Notes under the pieces: model-generated
What the model was told of the DNA's origin: nothing
The model's database searches: none
The model's input: only the letters and a program-made list of their open reading frames with translations
Assembly: GCA_002269645.1 (NCBI GenBank)
Contig: NIVC01000487.1
Coordinates: forward strand, 1 to 64,000
Length of the DNA stretch: 64,000 nt
Reading direction: 5' to 3'
DNA from: Macrostomum lignano
Lineage: Eukaryota
Shown here: piece after piece, positions 1-13,460 of the stretch
Position numbering within the stretch: the first letter of the stretch is position 1
Layout: each line of letters opens with the position of its first letter
Program-made: the position numbers and the translations under genes

Positions 1-542
1 CGCCTGCGGCGGCGGATGCCTACGCGTCTGAAAATATAGTACTGCGACGATGAGGTTGACGAACTCGGCCGAGACAGGCGGGAGCAGCAGCGGATGCACG
101 GCGGCGCCTGAGGCGTATCTGATGCCGGAGGCTGCCTGGTTGGATACGGAGCGGCGAATTGTCGGACTAGAGCCACGGTTGGTCTCGGCTGCTGCGGTTG
201 CTGATGAGGCTGCTGGGCGGGTAGCTGGAGCTGCTGCTGATGCTGCTGCGGCTGACTAGGATGGCGAGCTTCTCCGATTAAATTTATAATCGACAACGGA
301 GATATTTTGCGAGCAGATCTGATCGAATTCTCGAACAAAATCGTCATCATCAAAGATGTTATCGTCGCCCCAAGGATCCTCCTCGTTGCCAATCTTATTA
401 GCATTACTAATAATTGCATTATTATTGTTATTGCCGTGGCCGCCGCCGCTGCTACTAGAAGCTGCGCCGCCAGTGGTCGAGGTCCCGCGGTCGATGCCGC
501 GCGGGCATCGAATCGAAACCGCTTTGGCGGCGGCTCGGCCAT
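1..542 (-). CDS. 5' end of a protein-coding gene running off the window; tentatively ATRIP-like
   Basis: ATG at 542-540 gives MAEPPPKRFRF... and that frame stays open to position 1. An overlapping frame (546-259) reads ...GHGNNNNN...EEDPWGDDNIFDDDDFVREFDQICSQ, resembling the remembered ATRIP acidic RPA-binding/SQ motif. The two frames are not joined in this sequence. Confidence 0.35.
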   Translation of the reverse strand, partial: MAEPPPKRFRFDARAASTAGPRPLAAQLLVAAAAATAITIIMQLLVMLIRLATRRILGATITSLMMTILFENSIRSARKISPLSIINLIGEARHPSQPQQHQQQLQLPAQQPHQQPQQPRPTVALVRQFAAPYPTRQPPASDTPQAPPCIRCCSRLSRPSSSTSSSQYYIFRRVGIRRRR

Positions 543-750
543 GTTTTTAGCGCGCTGCGAGCTGTCTATGGCAATTCCTGAATAGTGGGGGGGGGGAAAG
601 TTAGCAATTAATGGACTAATCCAAGGAATTCTAAATCCTACTAAATTTAGAATTCCTTGACTAATCATATCAAACACAGTTCCTAACACTTTAACTCTAA
701 AATTTGACTCAATTCAAAAATACCAGCCTAGTATTTGGGCTAGGTCTCTA

Positions 751-920
751 CCTTTGGGCTACACCCCTAACCCTTGGGCTACACCCCAAACCCTTGGGCT
801 ACACCCCAAACCCTTGGGCTACACCCCTAACCCTTGGGCTACACCCCTAACCCTTGGACTACACCCTTAGCCCTTGGGCTACATCCTTAAGCCTTGGCTA
901 CACATCCCTTGGGCTACCGC
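751..920. repeat. 20-bp minisatellite (CCCTTGGGCTACACCCCTAA)
   Basis: Directly visible tandem copies that degrade to the right. Confidence 0.9.
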
Positions 921-1000
921 CTACATCCTTGTTTATTAATCTAGACTCGACTCTGTGGCGTTACACATGTATATCCCTGACATTTCAGCTTAAAATAGGC

Positions 1001-1420
1001 CTCTGACCCTTGAACTCGACCCCTGACCCTTGACTCGACCCCTGACCCTTGAACTCGACCCCTGACCCTTGGACTCGACCCCTGACCCTTGAACTCGACC
1101 CCTGACCCTTGGACTCGACCCCTGACCCATGGACTCGACCCTGACCCTTAAACGACTAGACCCCTGACCCTTGGACTCGATCCCTGACCCTTGGACTCGA
1201 CCCCTGACCCATGGACTCGACCCTGACTCTTAGACGACTAGACCCCTGACCCTTAAACTCGACCCTGACCTTTAGACGACTAGACCCCTGACCCTTGGAC
1301 TCGATCCATGACCCTTGACTCGACCCCTGACCCATGGACTCGACCCTGACCCTTGGACTCGACTCCTGACCCTTGGACTTGACTCCCGACCCTTAGACGA
1401 CTCGACGCCTAACCCTTGAC
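1001..1420. repeat. about 20-bp minisatellite (GACCCCTGACCCTTGGACTC)
   Basis: Directly visible tandem copies with small indels. Confidence 0.9.
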
Positions 1421-2543
1421 TAATCTCCCGTCTTTTTAGGACTAAGCCCTCTGACCTCTGGACTAACTACCTTAATACTATCACACGTATTTGGTATTTG
1501 CGTTTAAACTAGATAAAATAAATTCAATCAACAAGCCTAAATAAGACTAAAAAATTCAGGTATTGTATGCGTATGCAGCTATATTTGCTATTGTTTCCGC
1601 AGTGCCAAAACTGAACCTAAAAAAAGTTTTAAAAAGAGAATATATATATGATAAATTATCAAATAGAGGCGTAACGAACTCAATACATGCAATAATCGAT
1701 TAGTATCAATAGAAACAATAATTGGCAGTGCGAGCCTAGAGGCTGGTGTTAGACTTGGTAGCAATACCTAATAAACCAATTGACACTGTCCAGCAGACAA
1801 TTATTAAATAGTCAGGTGGATTACATAAAAAGTGCATCGAATTCAATCTAAGTCTTATCTCATAAACTGTTGATTTACGATGCGATCCAGTTTAAACTTG
1901 AGGTGCAAATTTCTAAATTTGAGGTGTTAAAAAATTCCGAGTAAAGTACATTACATACTACTGTTTACCAACCTTGACTGTGTTACATAGTAGTACTCAG
2001 AAAGAATCGCTACAAAAATGGACCGGAAGCGTGAATATTATTAATTACTAAGCATATAGTGGATTAGTAAAGCAACAAGACAGTCCACTAGATAACAGAA
2101 ATAAACACAAAAACATTGATTTGAAAGTTTGAAACCAAACGCATGCAGAATACGGAAACGGGGGTGATCAAATCGGCTGAGAGGTGAGTACAGATCTATT
2201 TATATATATAATATAATATATTGGTTTAAGGCTTGGATATGCGATTCGTTTCATTTACTAGTAGGCGCAGGTAGCAACCATTCAACCAAGTTTTGCCAGA
2301 CTCCCCCGTCCAGTTTGTTGAAAACTGAAAACCGTATCCATAGCGGAATCCTTCCCGTTGCTCTGCAGCTAGATATAAAAGAATTACTTCGACTCGCAAA
2401 CTGTAGTCGGTGTGGCAAAAAGGCTAAGGGGTAAGAAAAAAGGCAGAATATTGGGATTTAGCAAGTAATTAAAAAAGCACAGACACGCCCAGTCTAGTTG
2501 TGCATCCAGATTCCAAATACTGTTCATTCTCTTCTTGTGAGAA

Positions 2544-2986
2544 TCAGCCGCTCATGATATTCCTGACCAGATCTTCGTAATTAATGTTGCCATGAATGTC
2601 GTCCATGCCAGCTAGCAGCTGTTCCACCTCTTCGTCCTTGAGCTTCTCCCTAGCGAGGTCAACAGGTGGCGCAGCTCGGCGGCGCTAATAGTGCCATTCT
2701 GGTCCTTGTCGAACACGCGGAAACCGTCGATAAATTGTTCGGGCTTCACTTTGTCGGCATTCTTAGCCAAGTCTTTGTAGATTGGTAGAAATGTTTCAAA
2801 AGTGATGCGCGTGTCCGGCTGTTTATCGTAGCCGGCCTTCTTAATCTCGGCTTCGGTCGGATTGAGGCCCAGAGCGCGAACAACTTCGCCAATTTGGCGG
2901 GCCTCGATTTTCTCGTCGCCGCGAATGTCAAATAGGCGAAAAGTGTCGCGAATCTCTTCAGTATCAAGCTCTGGCATCCTTGACAT
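2544..2986 (-). CDS. Mlc-c: Non-muscle myosin essential light chain (EF-hand), intronless, 147 aa if a 1-nt deletion at 2648-2650 is restored
   Basis: [47 protein letters not shown]...[13 protein letters not shown]. Adding one G restores [34 protein letters not shown]-stop (TGA at 2546-2544), the typical Mlc-c/MYL6 C-terminus. Confidence 0.9.
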
Positions 2987-4469
2987 TATATTAGAGTATA
3001 TTAGAGTTTGGACTGTCTGCCAAGCAGCGGGGAAGCAAGATTAGTTAGGTGACTATTAGTTTGCAGAGGGTTCAGGGCACTGCTGCAAATCACAGGCGAC
3101 AGTTGGCCAGTCAGGGGGAAGTGGATATGCCCATTCCACTGGCCGCTGAGCATTTTGTCAGGAGCGTGCACTCTGCATGTTGGACGTTAGCACTCATGGG
3201 AACAAATCGCACAAGGTCTTATTGAATTTTAGAATATACCACAGATACTAAACAGCTATATATGTCACTTACAAAATTTTGCTTATTTACTGGTTCTCTC
3301 TTAATAGCAAAATTTGCATTTTGTGCTAATTTTGTCCATTTAAAAATATTTCCTATGACAAGGCCTTTAGGGTAAAAAAACTTATAAGTTTGCTAACTCA
3401 TTTTTTCAATAAATATTAAAAAAATGAATAACTAGCAAAATGTGTAATCATTTTGACTAAAGCATTTATATGAATGTATATAAATTGCCAAGTGAAAAAC
3501 AGCCTATTGAAGAAAATTGATGACACCGGCAAGATATACAAGATTAAGCAAGATAGCCTAAGCAGGAATTTGCCACCAACATCAACTTGAAGATGAGACC
3601 AATAGTCATACCTAAAGAGAATTTGTTGTCAACCAGACCAATTAAAGAGTGGCCAATGTTGTGGCCAATAGCTAAATTTAAAATTGTTGAGGCTGCTAAC
3701 CAGATGAAAATGAGATGAAGATGAAAAACAGATTAACAATATAAAAGATAAGACTAACAGTTATATAAGCAACAAGGCAAGCAACCAACTGACAGATAAG
3801 AGAATAATGATTTGACAAGAAAACTAATAACCAATGCTATGATAGCATAGCATTTGCCAGTCTAACTAAATTTAATTCTAATTTCTAATCTGTATTATAG
3901 GTATTTTTATCCTTGTGTGCAGGCAAGTTGCCACTAATCGTTATTTTCTGTTGATTTTTGAAACTTAATTTTTTGTCAAAACATTTTTTGAATGTTTCAA
4001 CCCCTGGAAATTTTTCTTTTCCCCCAATCTTTGTCTATATGTCATTTTTATGGTTGCTGTCTTGTCCTTGTCCCAGTTGTAGTTTTCTATTTTCTCACCT
4101 TTGGCTTTGTTTTGCCCTATTTTTGGTTGCTTAATATTTTGTCATTGCTTCCTTCTTAACTTTGCTTGTGCCCAACTCTTTGTCCACCTTTTGTTCTGTG
4201 CTTGTTCAAGTCCTGTCCTATGAGTTGGAATTGTTATTTTTGCCTATATATTTATATTTTGTCTCCAATGCTAATGTCAGTATGCTATTGGTCTCCTCTC
4301 TACTCAGTTACATTTGATTAACAGATTCTATCAACTAAGTGACCATATTTTATTTGGCCTCTGTGCACTGTGGCTCTGCCAGATTTATTTGGTCTCATGT
4401 CTCGTGATAATATGAGCTAGCCAGTCCTAGAAAAGTGAGTTTTATTTAGTCAGCAGACGGGTTTTACCA

Positions 4470-5035
4470 TAGACTATAGTAAAGAAATTAAATTAATTTA
4501 GTCAAGGTTCTCTAAATCTCTTTCATAACTTTTATTAAGTCAAAGTGAATTTTATTTAGTCGTTATATCTTTGAGAAAAACACAAATGAACATAACACAA
4601 CACAAGACACAACAAATTATTGTTACAACGCTTCACTTTTGAACTCAATCAACGATGTCTTCGATGTCTTTTGTGGCAATGCACCGCGGTATGTATCGAA
4701 GGCTCTCACAATGCCAGGCTTTGCAGTGAGGCAGCTGCTATACTGACCTCCAGTTCATGCTTAAGAAACAGAGAATAAGGTGATAAAGGCTTGAACTCTT
4801 GCTCTACCTCCATGGCTAATGGATTCCAATGGGCACAAGCATTGTCAAATAGAAGGCAGAATGACTAATGAACCAATGCAGACCGTTTAGCCATGAACTC
4901 TGCAACCAAACTCTGCAAGCCATGAACTCTGCCACCATTATGACTAAATAAAATTCACTTTGACAAAAATCAAGTCATGGAAGGGTTTAAATACGAGTAA
5001 TGACTAAATTAACTTCATTTATATCCAAAAAAATT
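4470..5035 (-). mobile_element. Decayed non-autonomous DNA transposon with an IS630/Tc1-type DDE fragment
   Basis: Perfect 23-bp inverted repeat at 4539-4561 / 4942-4964, plus a 12-bp one at 4493-4504 / 5001-5012. The internal minus frame reads FCLLFDNACAH...EFKPLSPYSLFL, resembling DNAxxH...PPYSPxLN. Confidence 0.4.
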
Positions 5036-8000
5036 GTTAAAAGGTATAATAACTAAGATGTTAACCATATTTATTTGTTAACCAATTTAGCCCATAGACT
5101 ATCTTGAGTTATTTGCCTGCGGGGCATAAAACAGTCATAAAGTTCTCATTTCAAAGAAAGCTCTAAAACTTCAACATTCTGTAATACATAAATTATGGTG
5201 GTAGCAGTGCTATTCTACTAAAAGTAATCAGCAAAGCATTACACTGCACATTGACTTCAGTGTCTTAGGAGCCAATTTGAATGACTATGCCTATTAAAAA
5301 AAGCAATCAATTACAATTTTGACTACCCTCCCCCAGAATTGAGGACCCTTGCAGCCAGAGTAAAACAGGATAATTGTCTGTATCTTTGTTGAGATTTGTC
5401 TAAACAATTATTCTAGAATTATTTGTGCAAACTCAATGCCAATGGAAATTCAAATTATCATACTGTCCCATTTTGTGTCAGCAATCGACAACCACCAGAA
5501 AAAAATTTCTTTTCTCTGCCCCACCTCACTTGTTTAGATGTCATAAAAAGAAAAAGCCTAGAATACTCTTTAATTAGGGATAAAAGCAAAATAATGTGGC
5601 AGCCAGATTGTACTAGTGCTACTAGTCGCGTACAGTCTGGCTGTCACAATAAACAATAAGTAGGGCAAAGGGCCCAATTGCCAAATGGATATAAGAAAAG
5701 AAGGCTAGAGAAAAAAAGACTAAGAAAGAGGCAAGATTGAAGAACCAACCATAAAGCAGGAAGAAGTAGATAAGAATAATAAGATTAAACTAGACAAAAA
5801 GAAGAAAAAAACAGAATAAACACAAATGCAAATAAACTATAAAACTAAGAAAGTCATGACAAGAAATTAAAAATATTGATTTAAATGTTGATTTTGATTT
5901 CTAAAAAAATTGCCAAGTTTTTAGTTTTTTTAAAAAATCTGCTTTGATTTAAATCTAATGCATTTATAGATTTTTTAAAAGCATAATAGACTTAATATCT
6001 CTTTTTAGACCTAGTCTTAAGTTTGTTTTCTCAAAACATAGGTCTGGAAGTTTTTTTTATAAAAATAAAATAATTCTCATTTTACCCAGAATAGCCTATA
6101 TTGATACTTTAGAAGATATCATCTATTACAGATTTTTTCTTATATGCATTTGGCTTAATAAGAATTTTTTGCATTAGGTTCTGGCATGTGTTTTACACTT
6201 ATTGCAAGACTAAATATGATCTAGAATATAGGCTTGATATTATCAAAGATACTACTTTAATGCAGCTATTTAATAATGATTTAATTATTTAATAATACAA
6301 GGTCCTAAAAAGTATAATACTATATGCATAGCATGCATAATGAAGTTAATGTTTTTTGTTATGCACCTTATAGAAGTATGTGCTAAATTCCTTAGCATAT
6401 ATACTATTACACATCAGTCATCAGAAGCACTTGGCCTTATGCCATATAGTTTCAGTAAGTACTTGGTTAAAAAAAAATTCTACAAGAAAGATTTTGCAAA
6501 AATCTTTCAAGCAAACTTTGTCAAGGCAATTTGCAAGCAAACTTTGGCAAGTGAATTATTGCAAGCAATCATTATACAGGCAAAGTTTGGCAAGCAAATT
6601 TTGTCCAATAAACTTTAGCAAACACGCTACAACAAGCAAACTTTAGGCCTAGCAAGGCAATTTTTGCAGGCAAACTGCTATAAGCAGACTTTGACAAGCA
6701 AACTTGGGCAAGCAAATTTTAGCAAGCAAATTTTCAATAAACAACATTTGGCAAGCAGACTTTAGCAAGTAAACCTTTCTAAGCAAAATTTATCAAGCAA
6801 AATTTGGAACACAAATATTGGCAAGCCTGGCAAAAATCCTTGGTAAGCAAACTTTATACTTTTCCTCTTGCCTACCTTGCAAACAACATTTTTCTCAATA
6901 AACCTAATAATATTAAATAAATATTACTAAGAATGACTATATATACCTTACTTATTCAACATTAATTATCAACCAATATAATACTTGAACTAGACTAAAA
7001 AAGAGAAAGTAGGTCTAGCCTTAGCTACATAAAAATGTTTGCCAATATTGATGGCATTGGCATATAGCAAATAGTAATAGGACTAAGCTATAAAAAAACT
7101 ATACTTGATTAAATTTTGGCTAGGCCTATCTACCTATTCCCTTTTTATGTGACTTATCAATAACTAAGATTTAAATAAGTGAACATTTGAATTATAACTA
7201 GACTAGAATATAATTTAAAATGCAAAAAATTAAAATAAATTTGAGACATGCTAGCAGGTTTTTTTTAATGCAAAGTGTATATACACCTTAAACTTTGAAA
7301 TTGCTTTCTCAAATTAGATATAGGCACAAGATGCAACTTTGCATTTGTATATTGTCTTTTGCCAAAAAACCTTGCATGTTAGGCATAAGCTTTAAAGTCT
7401 AAACCTAATAGTTGGAAAATGGTCCATTTTGGTGATAAACCATTCTAGCATCTAACAATAGCCATTTCAATAACAACTCATTATAGCAACAACCTATTTG
7501 GACACATTTTTGATATATTCCATCAAATACCATCTAAATGAAGTGACAAACTTGCTATGCAAATACTATGATAGTTAAATTTAAAAAAGAAACATTTTAT
7601 TAATATTATAGGGGCCTATGATAGTAACTTCTAGTGGTTCTTATCATGGTAGCTTACTTTAGGTAATCGTTAACTATTATCTTGTAATTTAACAGAAATG
7701 TCTTCTACATGACCATAAAAATAGCCATTTTGCTTCCTACCTACGATGATTGTAAAAATAACAGTTTTGCTATTTATATGATTACATTAAGTAAAGACCA
7801 TAAGCCCGCATGATGTTTTATGCATTAACTATAAAAATAACCGTTTTATTATTTATATGGTCACTGCAACAATAACAACAATTAATTAGGCCCCTAATGA
7901 TTATTAAGAATTACTGATAATAAAGAATTTATTGAAGATTTTTTACATAATTACACTTTGATTTGCTGCACTTTTTGTATACTGTGCCCATGATTTGTCA

Positions 8001-8149
8001 ACACCTAATTCGTCAATAGACCTAAAATGTGAGAAATTGGAAGAAGTCAAATTTGTCAATAGTTAAAACAAGCTGAGAGAATTTGCCAACAAAATGAGGC
8101 AGAATTACTAAAAGTTGTTTTGTATCTCAATAATGTAAATTTCTTTTAA

Positions 8150-8450
8150 ATTTAAAGATTTAGGCCTAGTATATAGAAAGATAGTATATTTGGAAGATTG
8201 AAGAGCCTTTGTACATCAGAATACACAAACCCAACTTGAATGTGCAACTAGCTGGCAATGGGGTGGAGCGTGAGCTAATTGAGTTCTGTGAGCAATGCCG
8301 TACCTATTTTTTCTCTCTCTCCCTTTGTTTTGTACTTAGGCTCTTTTGAAATTCTACTGGACTGTCTTTGACCCGCCTAAGGATTGTACAATTTGTTGTT
8401 CTTAAATATATTGGCGTATTGAATTAAGGTGAAGTGAATTAGCTCTGACT
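8150..8450 (+). mobile_element. Penelope-like element relic (end of GIY-YIG endonuclease)
   Basis: 8194-8247 reads KIEEPLYIRIHKPNLNVQ, matching the remembered KExLxI...PxLN tail of Penelope endonucleases. The rest is degenerate. Confidence 0.4.
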
Positions 8451-11339
8451 CTGTTAAGACGAGCACTGCACTTCTACAGTTCTTTGGACCAAACAAAACA
8501 AAGGTATTGTTTAGACTTCATATAGGCCTATCACTTCGTGAATGTTATGCATGCAATAAAAAAATTTACATAGTTGAGTATACAGATACATAATTGTATA
8601 TTGTACAACGCACATGTACATGTATATCCAGAGTGGCAGATCGCCAACTTAAGGCCTGCCTAGTAAGGCTGTCTACAATACAAGCTATGCAACAAAAATT
8701 TTACATGGGTCATGACTGTGAAAAAATGAAGCAAAGGAACCTAGCACGAAAAACTATTGTAAAAATACGCCACGTGAGTTGCGACAACATATTACCAATT
8801 ATAAGAGTATAATTTACTCAACATGCTCATTTGAGTCATCTGCATTCAGCCGTCCTAAAATTAGATCGCGGCTAGAGGAAGAATCTTTCTAAGAAAGGAA
8901 ATATAATTTTATTACGAAATTCAAACTAAATTTGATTTAGAAACAAAACTATATACTAGCAGTTAATCTAAATATTAATGCTAAATCTGAAAGTTTTTAA
9001 ATTTTTCGACTTTCAAGACAACAATTTTGACGAAATATTATGCTACTACTTTGATTATGGCATCGTATTAAGATAAAGCCAAGATCTTGCTAGGATTTTT
9101 TTACTGTTCCTTTGACGGGTTTAGTGAAGTCTATGGGGTTAGGGTGTAGACCAGTTTAGCCAAACGGCCGTTCACTACTAGCCAAATCCTCATCACCAAT
9201 AATGCTAACAATGCGTCAGAGGCCTATACTTGTACGTACTTGTACACGTAGCCATACTAATGCTTGATTTAATTTTTCCACTAGAAGTACATGGCAGGTT
9301 CTAAAAATGTGTCAATGAGCTGAGTTGAAAGCAAATTGTTGTGCCAGGGGTGTGGGGTCTGGTGACATACCCTCCCTATCCAATGACCACTGTAAAAAAT
9401 CCAAGCATCAATGTGCATTCTCGTACGTCTTTAGCGCACATGCCTTTCTCTCCTAATTCTAAAAATTCGCTGATGGAGGGGCAACCTCACCGCTGGAGCT
9501 GCGCGCCGCCACTGGTTGAAGCTAGGTTGAAAGCCACTACATACAGAGCTGCAATGACTATATCCAAGGCCTACTAACAGATTTGCTAGTGGTACTAGTG
9601 AACGCCATTATAACAATTTAGCTATATAGCTACTTAAAAATACAGAGGCCAGGCGGCCCATGCCAGGGCTGCCATGTTTGTTATGTTTTTCGTTTGCATT
9701 CTGCGAAATATGCGTTTATCTATTTTCCGTGCTTAAAATGGTTTGACCAACTTGAGAGTCCTTTTTTGGTGTTCTTCAGTCAGTCAGTATTTTACAACCT
9801 ATGGCTAGTTAATTTTCATTCAATATATATAGTATTACATTGCAATCTCTAGAGCCTTATCGACAAGCATACAAACCTTGGAGATTTAGTATATCAAGAT
9901 TGTATTATTATGTATATATATATATTGTAATAACAATGACAATATGTCGTGTTTGTTTTAAGTTTCTGAGCCAAAATCTTAGCTTTTTTCATAATTATCT
10001 AAGCCTTTCCCTACTTAGGCCTAAATCAGGAAGTTGGCAAAGTATATAGCCAGCCTAGGCAGGTAGTATAGGCCTAATAATTGTGCACTGTTTGTCTTGT
10101 TTGTCTTCGATTTTATTGTCTAGCTAAGTTTTTCAAATTTGCTTTAAAACAATAATTCACTTAAGCAATCATGTAATTGGGCCCACTTTTTATGAAAAAA
10201 TTAAAATAAGAATAGGCCTAAATATATATAAAAACAATGTTTTTAAATTTAACCAGTTTAGTTCAACCATTTAAGCCTCTTTTTGGGCATTTGGCCAATG
10301 TATTAATGTAGAATTACAATAGGCCTAAACTAAAGCTAAGCCTAAAAAGTTTTATAACCCATTACATGCATACATGCACAACAGTTGGCCAAGTTGGCCA
10401 ATATGGCCAACCAATTTGTCAGCTAACCAATGCAAGTTGCAAAAATGCCCATCTGAATAAATACCCAAGTAATACTAAGTTAGACTAAGTAAATGATGAG
10501 GCATTTTACTTTATTAACATAATCATTGTTACTCCTAGTCCTACCGTCTGGGTTTTTTTGTGCAAATGGGTGCAAATAGCATCCTGTTCTTAAAAATTGC
10601 ACTCTGAAATTTGACTCAGGGTATGAAAAGTGCACCAGAATTTTTTGCAAGGATGTGATATAGATTTTACAATTTAGTGTTATGGACATTGAGTAGGCCT
10701 AGTGTTATTTTAGACCAGTTTTTGTCTGCAGCAGTGCAGCACATCCTGGTCTTGAAAATTGCACCCTGAAATCTATCACCTAATAGGTATTGAAAACCTA
10801 AGTTATAGACAAAAAACCTAGCTTACCATTTACCCAAAGTTGCCTTAGTTTTGCTTAGGGTTTTTTACATGTTAGGCATATTTTTGACCAAAAACTACAT
10901 CACATTTTTGTTAAAACTAAGTCACATGGCCAACCAAATTTTGGAGGTTGCACATGTATGATTGCATGGCTTTACTCAAAAAGATATATATATATATATT
11001 AGTAAAAACATGTCATTATATCAACATATCATGTCAAACGTTAAACATATAAAAGACACCATGTCATACAAAAGGGAGCCACCATGTCAAACATAAAAAA
11101 GACACCATGTCAAACATAAAAAGAAGTGTCATGCCAAACAAAGTAGAGCCACTATAAAGCTAAAAAAATTGTTGTACTAGCTACTTGTTCTCTGGTAGAT
11201 GCTTGCTATTTAAGGATAGATACTTGCTATCAAGGGGATGCTTGCTATCTGAGGGATACTTACTATTGGGGTTATTTGCTATTGGGAGATGCTTGCTCTT
11301 GGGGATGGAGGGTAGGCCTTACTTGCTAACTGAGAGGGG

Positions 11340-11964
11340 CCTCCGGCTCCTCTCTTGGCCCCGAACCTCTTGTCCCAATTCCTGGCTGTGTCATCGACTC
11401 GCGCATCAAAGCGTGGATCAGGACTCAGCACTGCTCAACTTGGGCGAACCACACGAACTGCAGGCAATCCAGAGGCACTGTCCCTCAGCCCTCTCACCAG
11501 CTCCGGAAGCTCCTCTTGCGCCTCTCGTGCAGAGACATCCAGGCTGCCATCATGACCCTCTCTGGTCACGGCTGCTTCTCTAGGCACCAGTACCTGCAGG
11601 GCAACGCCACCAACGCCACCTGTAGTTTCTGCAACTCAGATGACAAAACCGCTGAGCATTTCGTCAGCATCTGTCCCGCCTTCACGCGGGCCAGACTCAC
11701 TTACCTTGGGCCACACACATCTATTACTGAAGCGTGCAAACCCGAAAACTTTAATCAGCTCATGCGCTACCTTTGGGCCACCCGCAGGGCTGAACTCTCC
11801 TTTCCAGAGAGCACTATAGCTGCTGGTGACACTGGGGGACCTCCCTAGGTGGCGCCAACCCTCCGTCCATAGCGATGCGTTGGCCGTTCAGGGACTAGCG
11901 GAATGGGCGCCTGCGCCTTCCCGCTGTGTCCCCTCCGAGACAGCCCTGCAGCTAAGTCAAGTAA
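11340..11964 (+). mobile_element. 5'-truncated non-LTR retrotransposon (LOA/I-group-type ORF2 C-terminus)
   Basis: Open frame GPEPLVPIP...W...CRQ...LSGHGCFSRHQ...CSFC...EHFVSICPAF...RLTYLGP with a CCHC knuckle. It ends in CTGCAGCTAAGTCAAGT. Possible 8-bp TSD GAGAGGGG at 11332-11339 / 11965-11972. Confidence 0.8.
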
Positions 11965-13194
11965 GAGAGGGGGTTGCTAGATATCTACAAGGTCTCTTTT
12001 TATCCAGGTTATGTTTGTTATCTGGGGTTGCTTGCTATTTGGGGGATGCTTGCTATCTGGGGTTGCTTGCTATCTAGGAGATACTTGCTATTTGGGGTTT
12101 GCTTGCTATCTAGAGGATGCTTGTCATCTGGGGGATGCTTGCTATCTGGGGTCTGGGGGATGCTTGCTATTTTGGAGGTTTATTCAATAAATTGAGTCTT
12201 CACAGTAAGTGACTATTTTTCGGCTACTAGCCAAATGAACAAAAGCAACCAGCAAGTAAACTCTCTGTGGAGAGACTGATGTTTATATATTGCAATACTT
12301 TAACCAAAAAATCAATTTTTTAGATAAATGGGATGGGTGTTGCTGAACATTAATAAATGGGGTCTAGGGCTAAAACATACATATTCCAAAATTTTCAGAT
12401 ATGAAAAGTACACATAGGTGAATGAAAGTACATGTAAACCATCTTCTAAACACTTGCTAGCTGGGGGATGCTTGCTATCTAGGGTTGCTTGCTATCTGGG
12501 AGATGCTTGCTATCTGGGAGATATTTGCTATCCTGGGATATTTTGTTTTTTAGAGAGAATGTCTGTTGTTTTTTATGAAAGCTTTTTTTGCTGTCTATTT
12601 GTTACTTGTAAAGAACAAAGATTCTATCCAGATGTCCCCCATTGGGGGGGTGAAGATTGCTAGTCCATATATTAAAAATGGTTTGTTTGTTTGTACAAAA
12701 TCAATTATCTCCCAAAAGGCTTGACCAATTTCTTCGAACTTGCACTGTTCAATTAGAATTTTTTGTGACAGTAAATGCATCATGGCTAAGAAATTACTCA
12801 ATATTAAAAGGATTAAATATTCAAAAAACATGCTTTTTTTACAAAGGTCAAGCAGCTCTTTCAACTTGAAATGCATTGTAAGAATGCTAGAAAGAAAACT
12901 GACTAGTTGTATTCTAATTCTGAAATAGATTGCATCACACCAGGCTTTTTATTTATTCAGTCTATGTACTGGTTAAATTTTGACACTGAATTGAATTGCA
13001 TCATAGTATTAAAAATGCAATGTGGAAGCATAGTACAATACTTGATTTATATTGCAAAACCACAATGCTAACTTTGTTAGAGACTGGTACTGACTTGCCT
13101 AAGAAATTGATTATGTCATAACTACTTTGTGTGACTTTTACTCAATTGACTTGTGTGAGTGTTGAATTATAAATGCTACTGTCACCAAGGATTA

Positions 13195-13460
13195 TTGTTA
13201 TTGCACTTGATAGACCAAGGATTACTGCACTTGATAAACCAAGACTTACTGCACTTGATAAACCAATGATTATTGTGCTTGATAAACAAATGATTATTGC
13301 ACTTGATAAACCAAGACTTACTGCACTTGATGAACCAATGATTACTGCGCTTGATAAACCAATGATTATTGCACTTGATAAACCTAGACTTACTGCACTT
13401 GATAAACCTAGACTTACTGCACTTGATAAACCAAGGATTTCTGCACTTAATAATATCTAG
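13195..13460. repeat. 24-bp minisatellite (GCACTTGATAAACCAAGACTTACT type)
   Basis: Tandem copies that give the repetitive ALDKPRIT ORF. Confidence 0.85.

Noticed and set aside
751-860. CCCTAA motifs suggesting telomeric repeats
   Set aside because: These are isolated hexamers embedded in a 20-bp minisatellite unit, not a (TTAGGG)n tract.
8370-8420. Hammerhead-ribozyme-like remnant after the Penelope fragment (CGCCTAAGGA...TAAATATATTGGCG)
   Set aside because: The location fits Penelope hammerheads, but neither CUGANGA nor GAAA is intact and stem II is only 4 bp. It needs several assumed mutations, so it is not supportable as a ribozyme.
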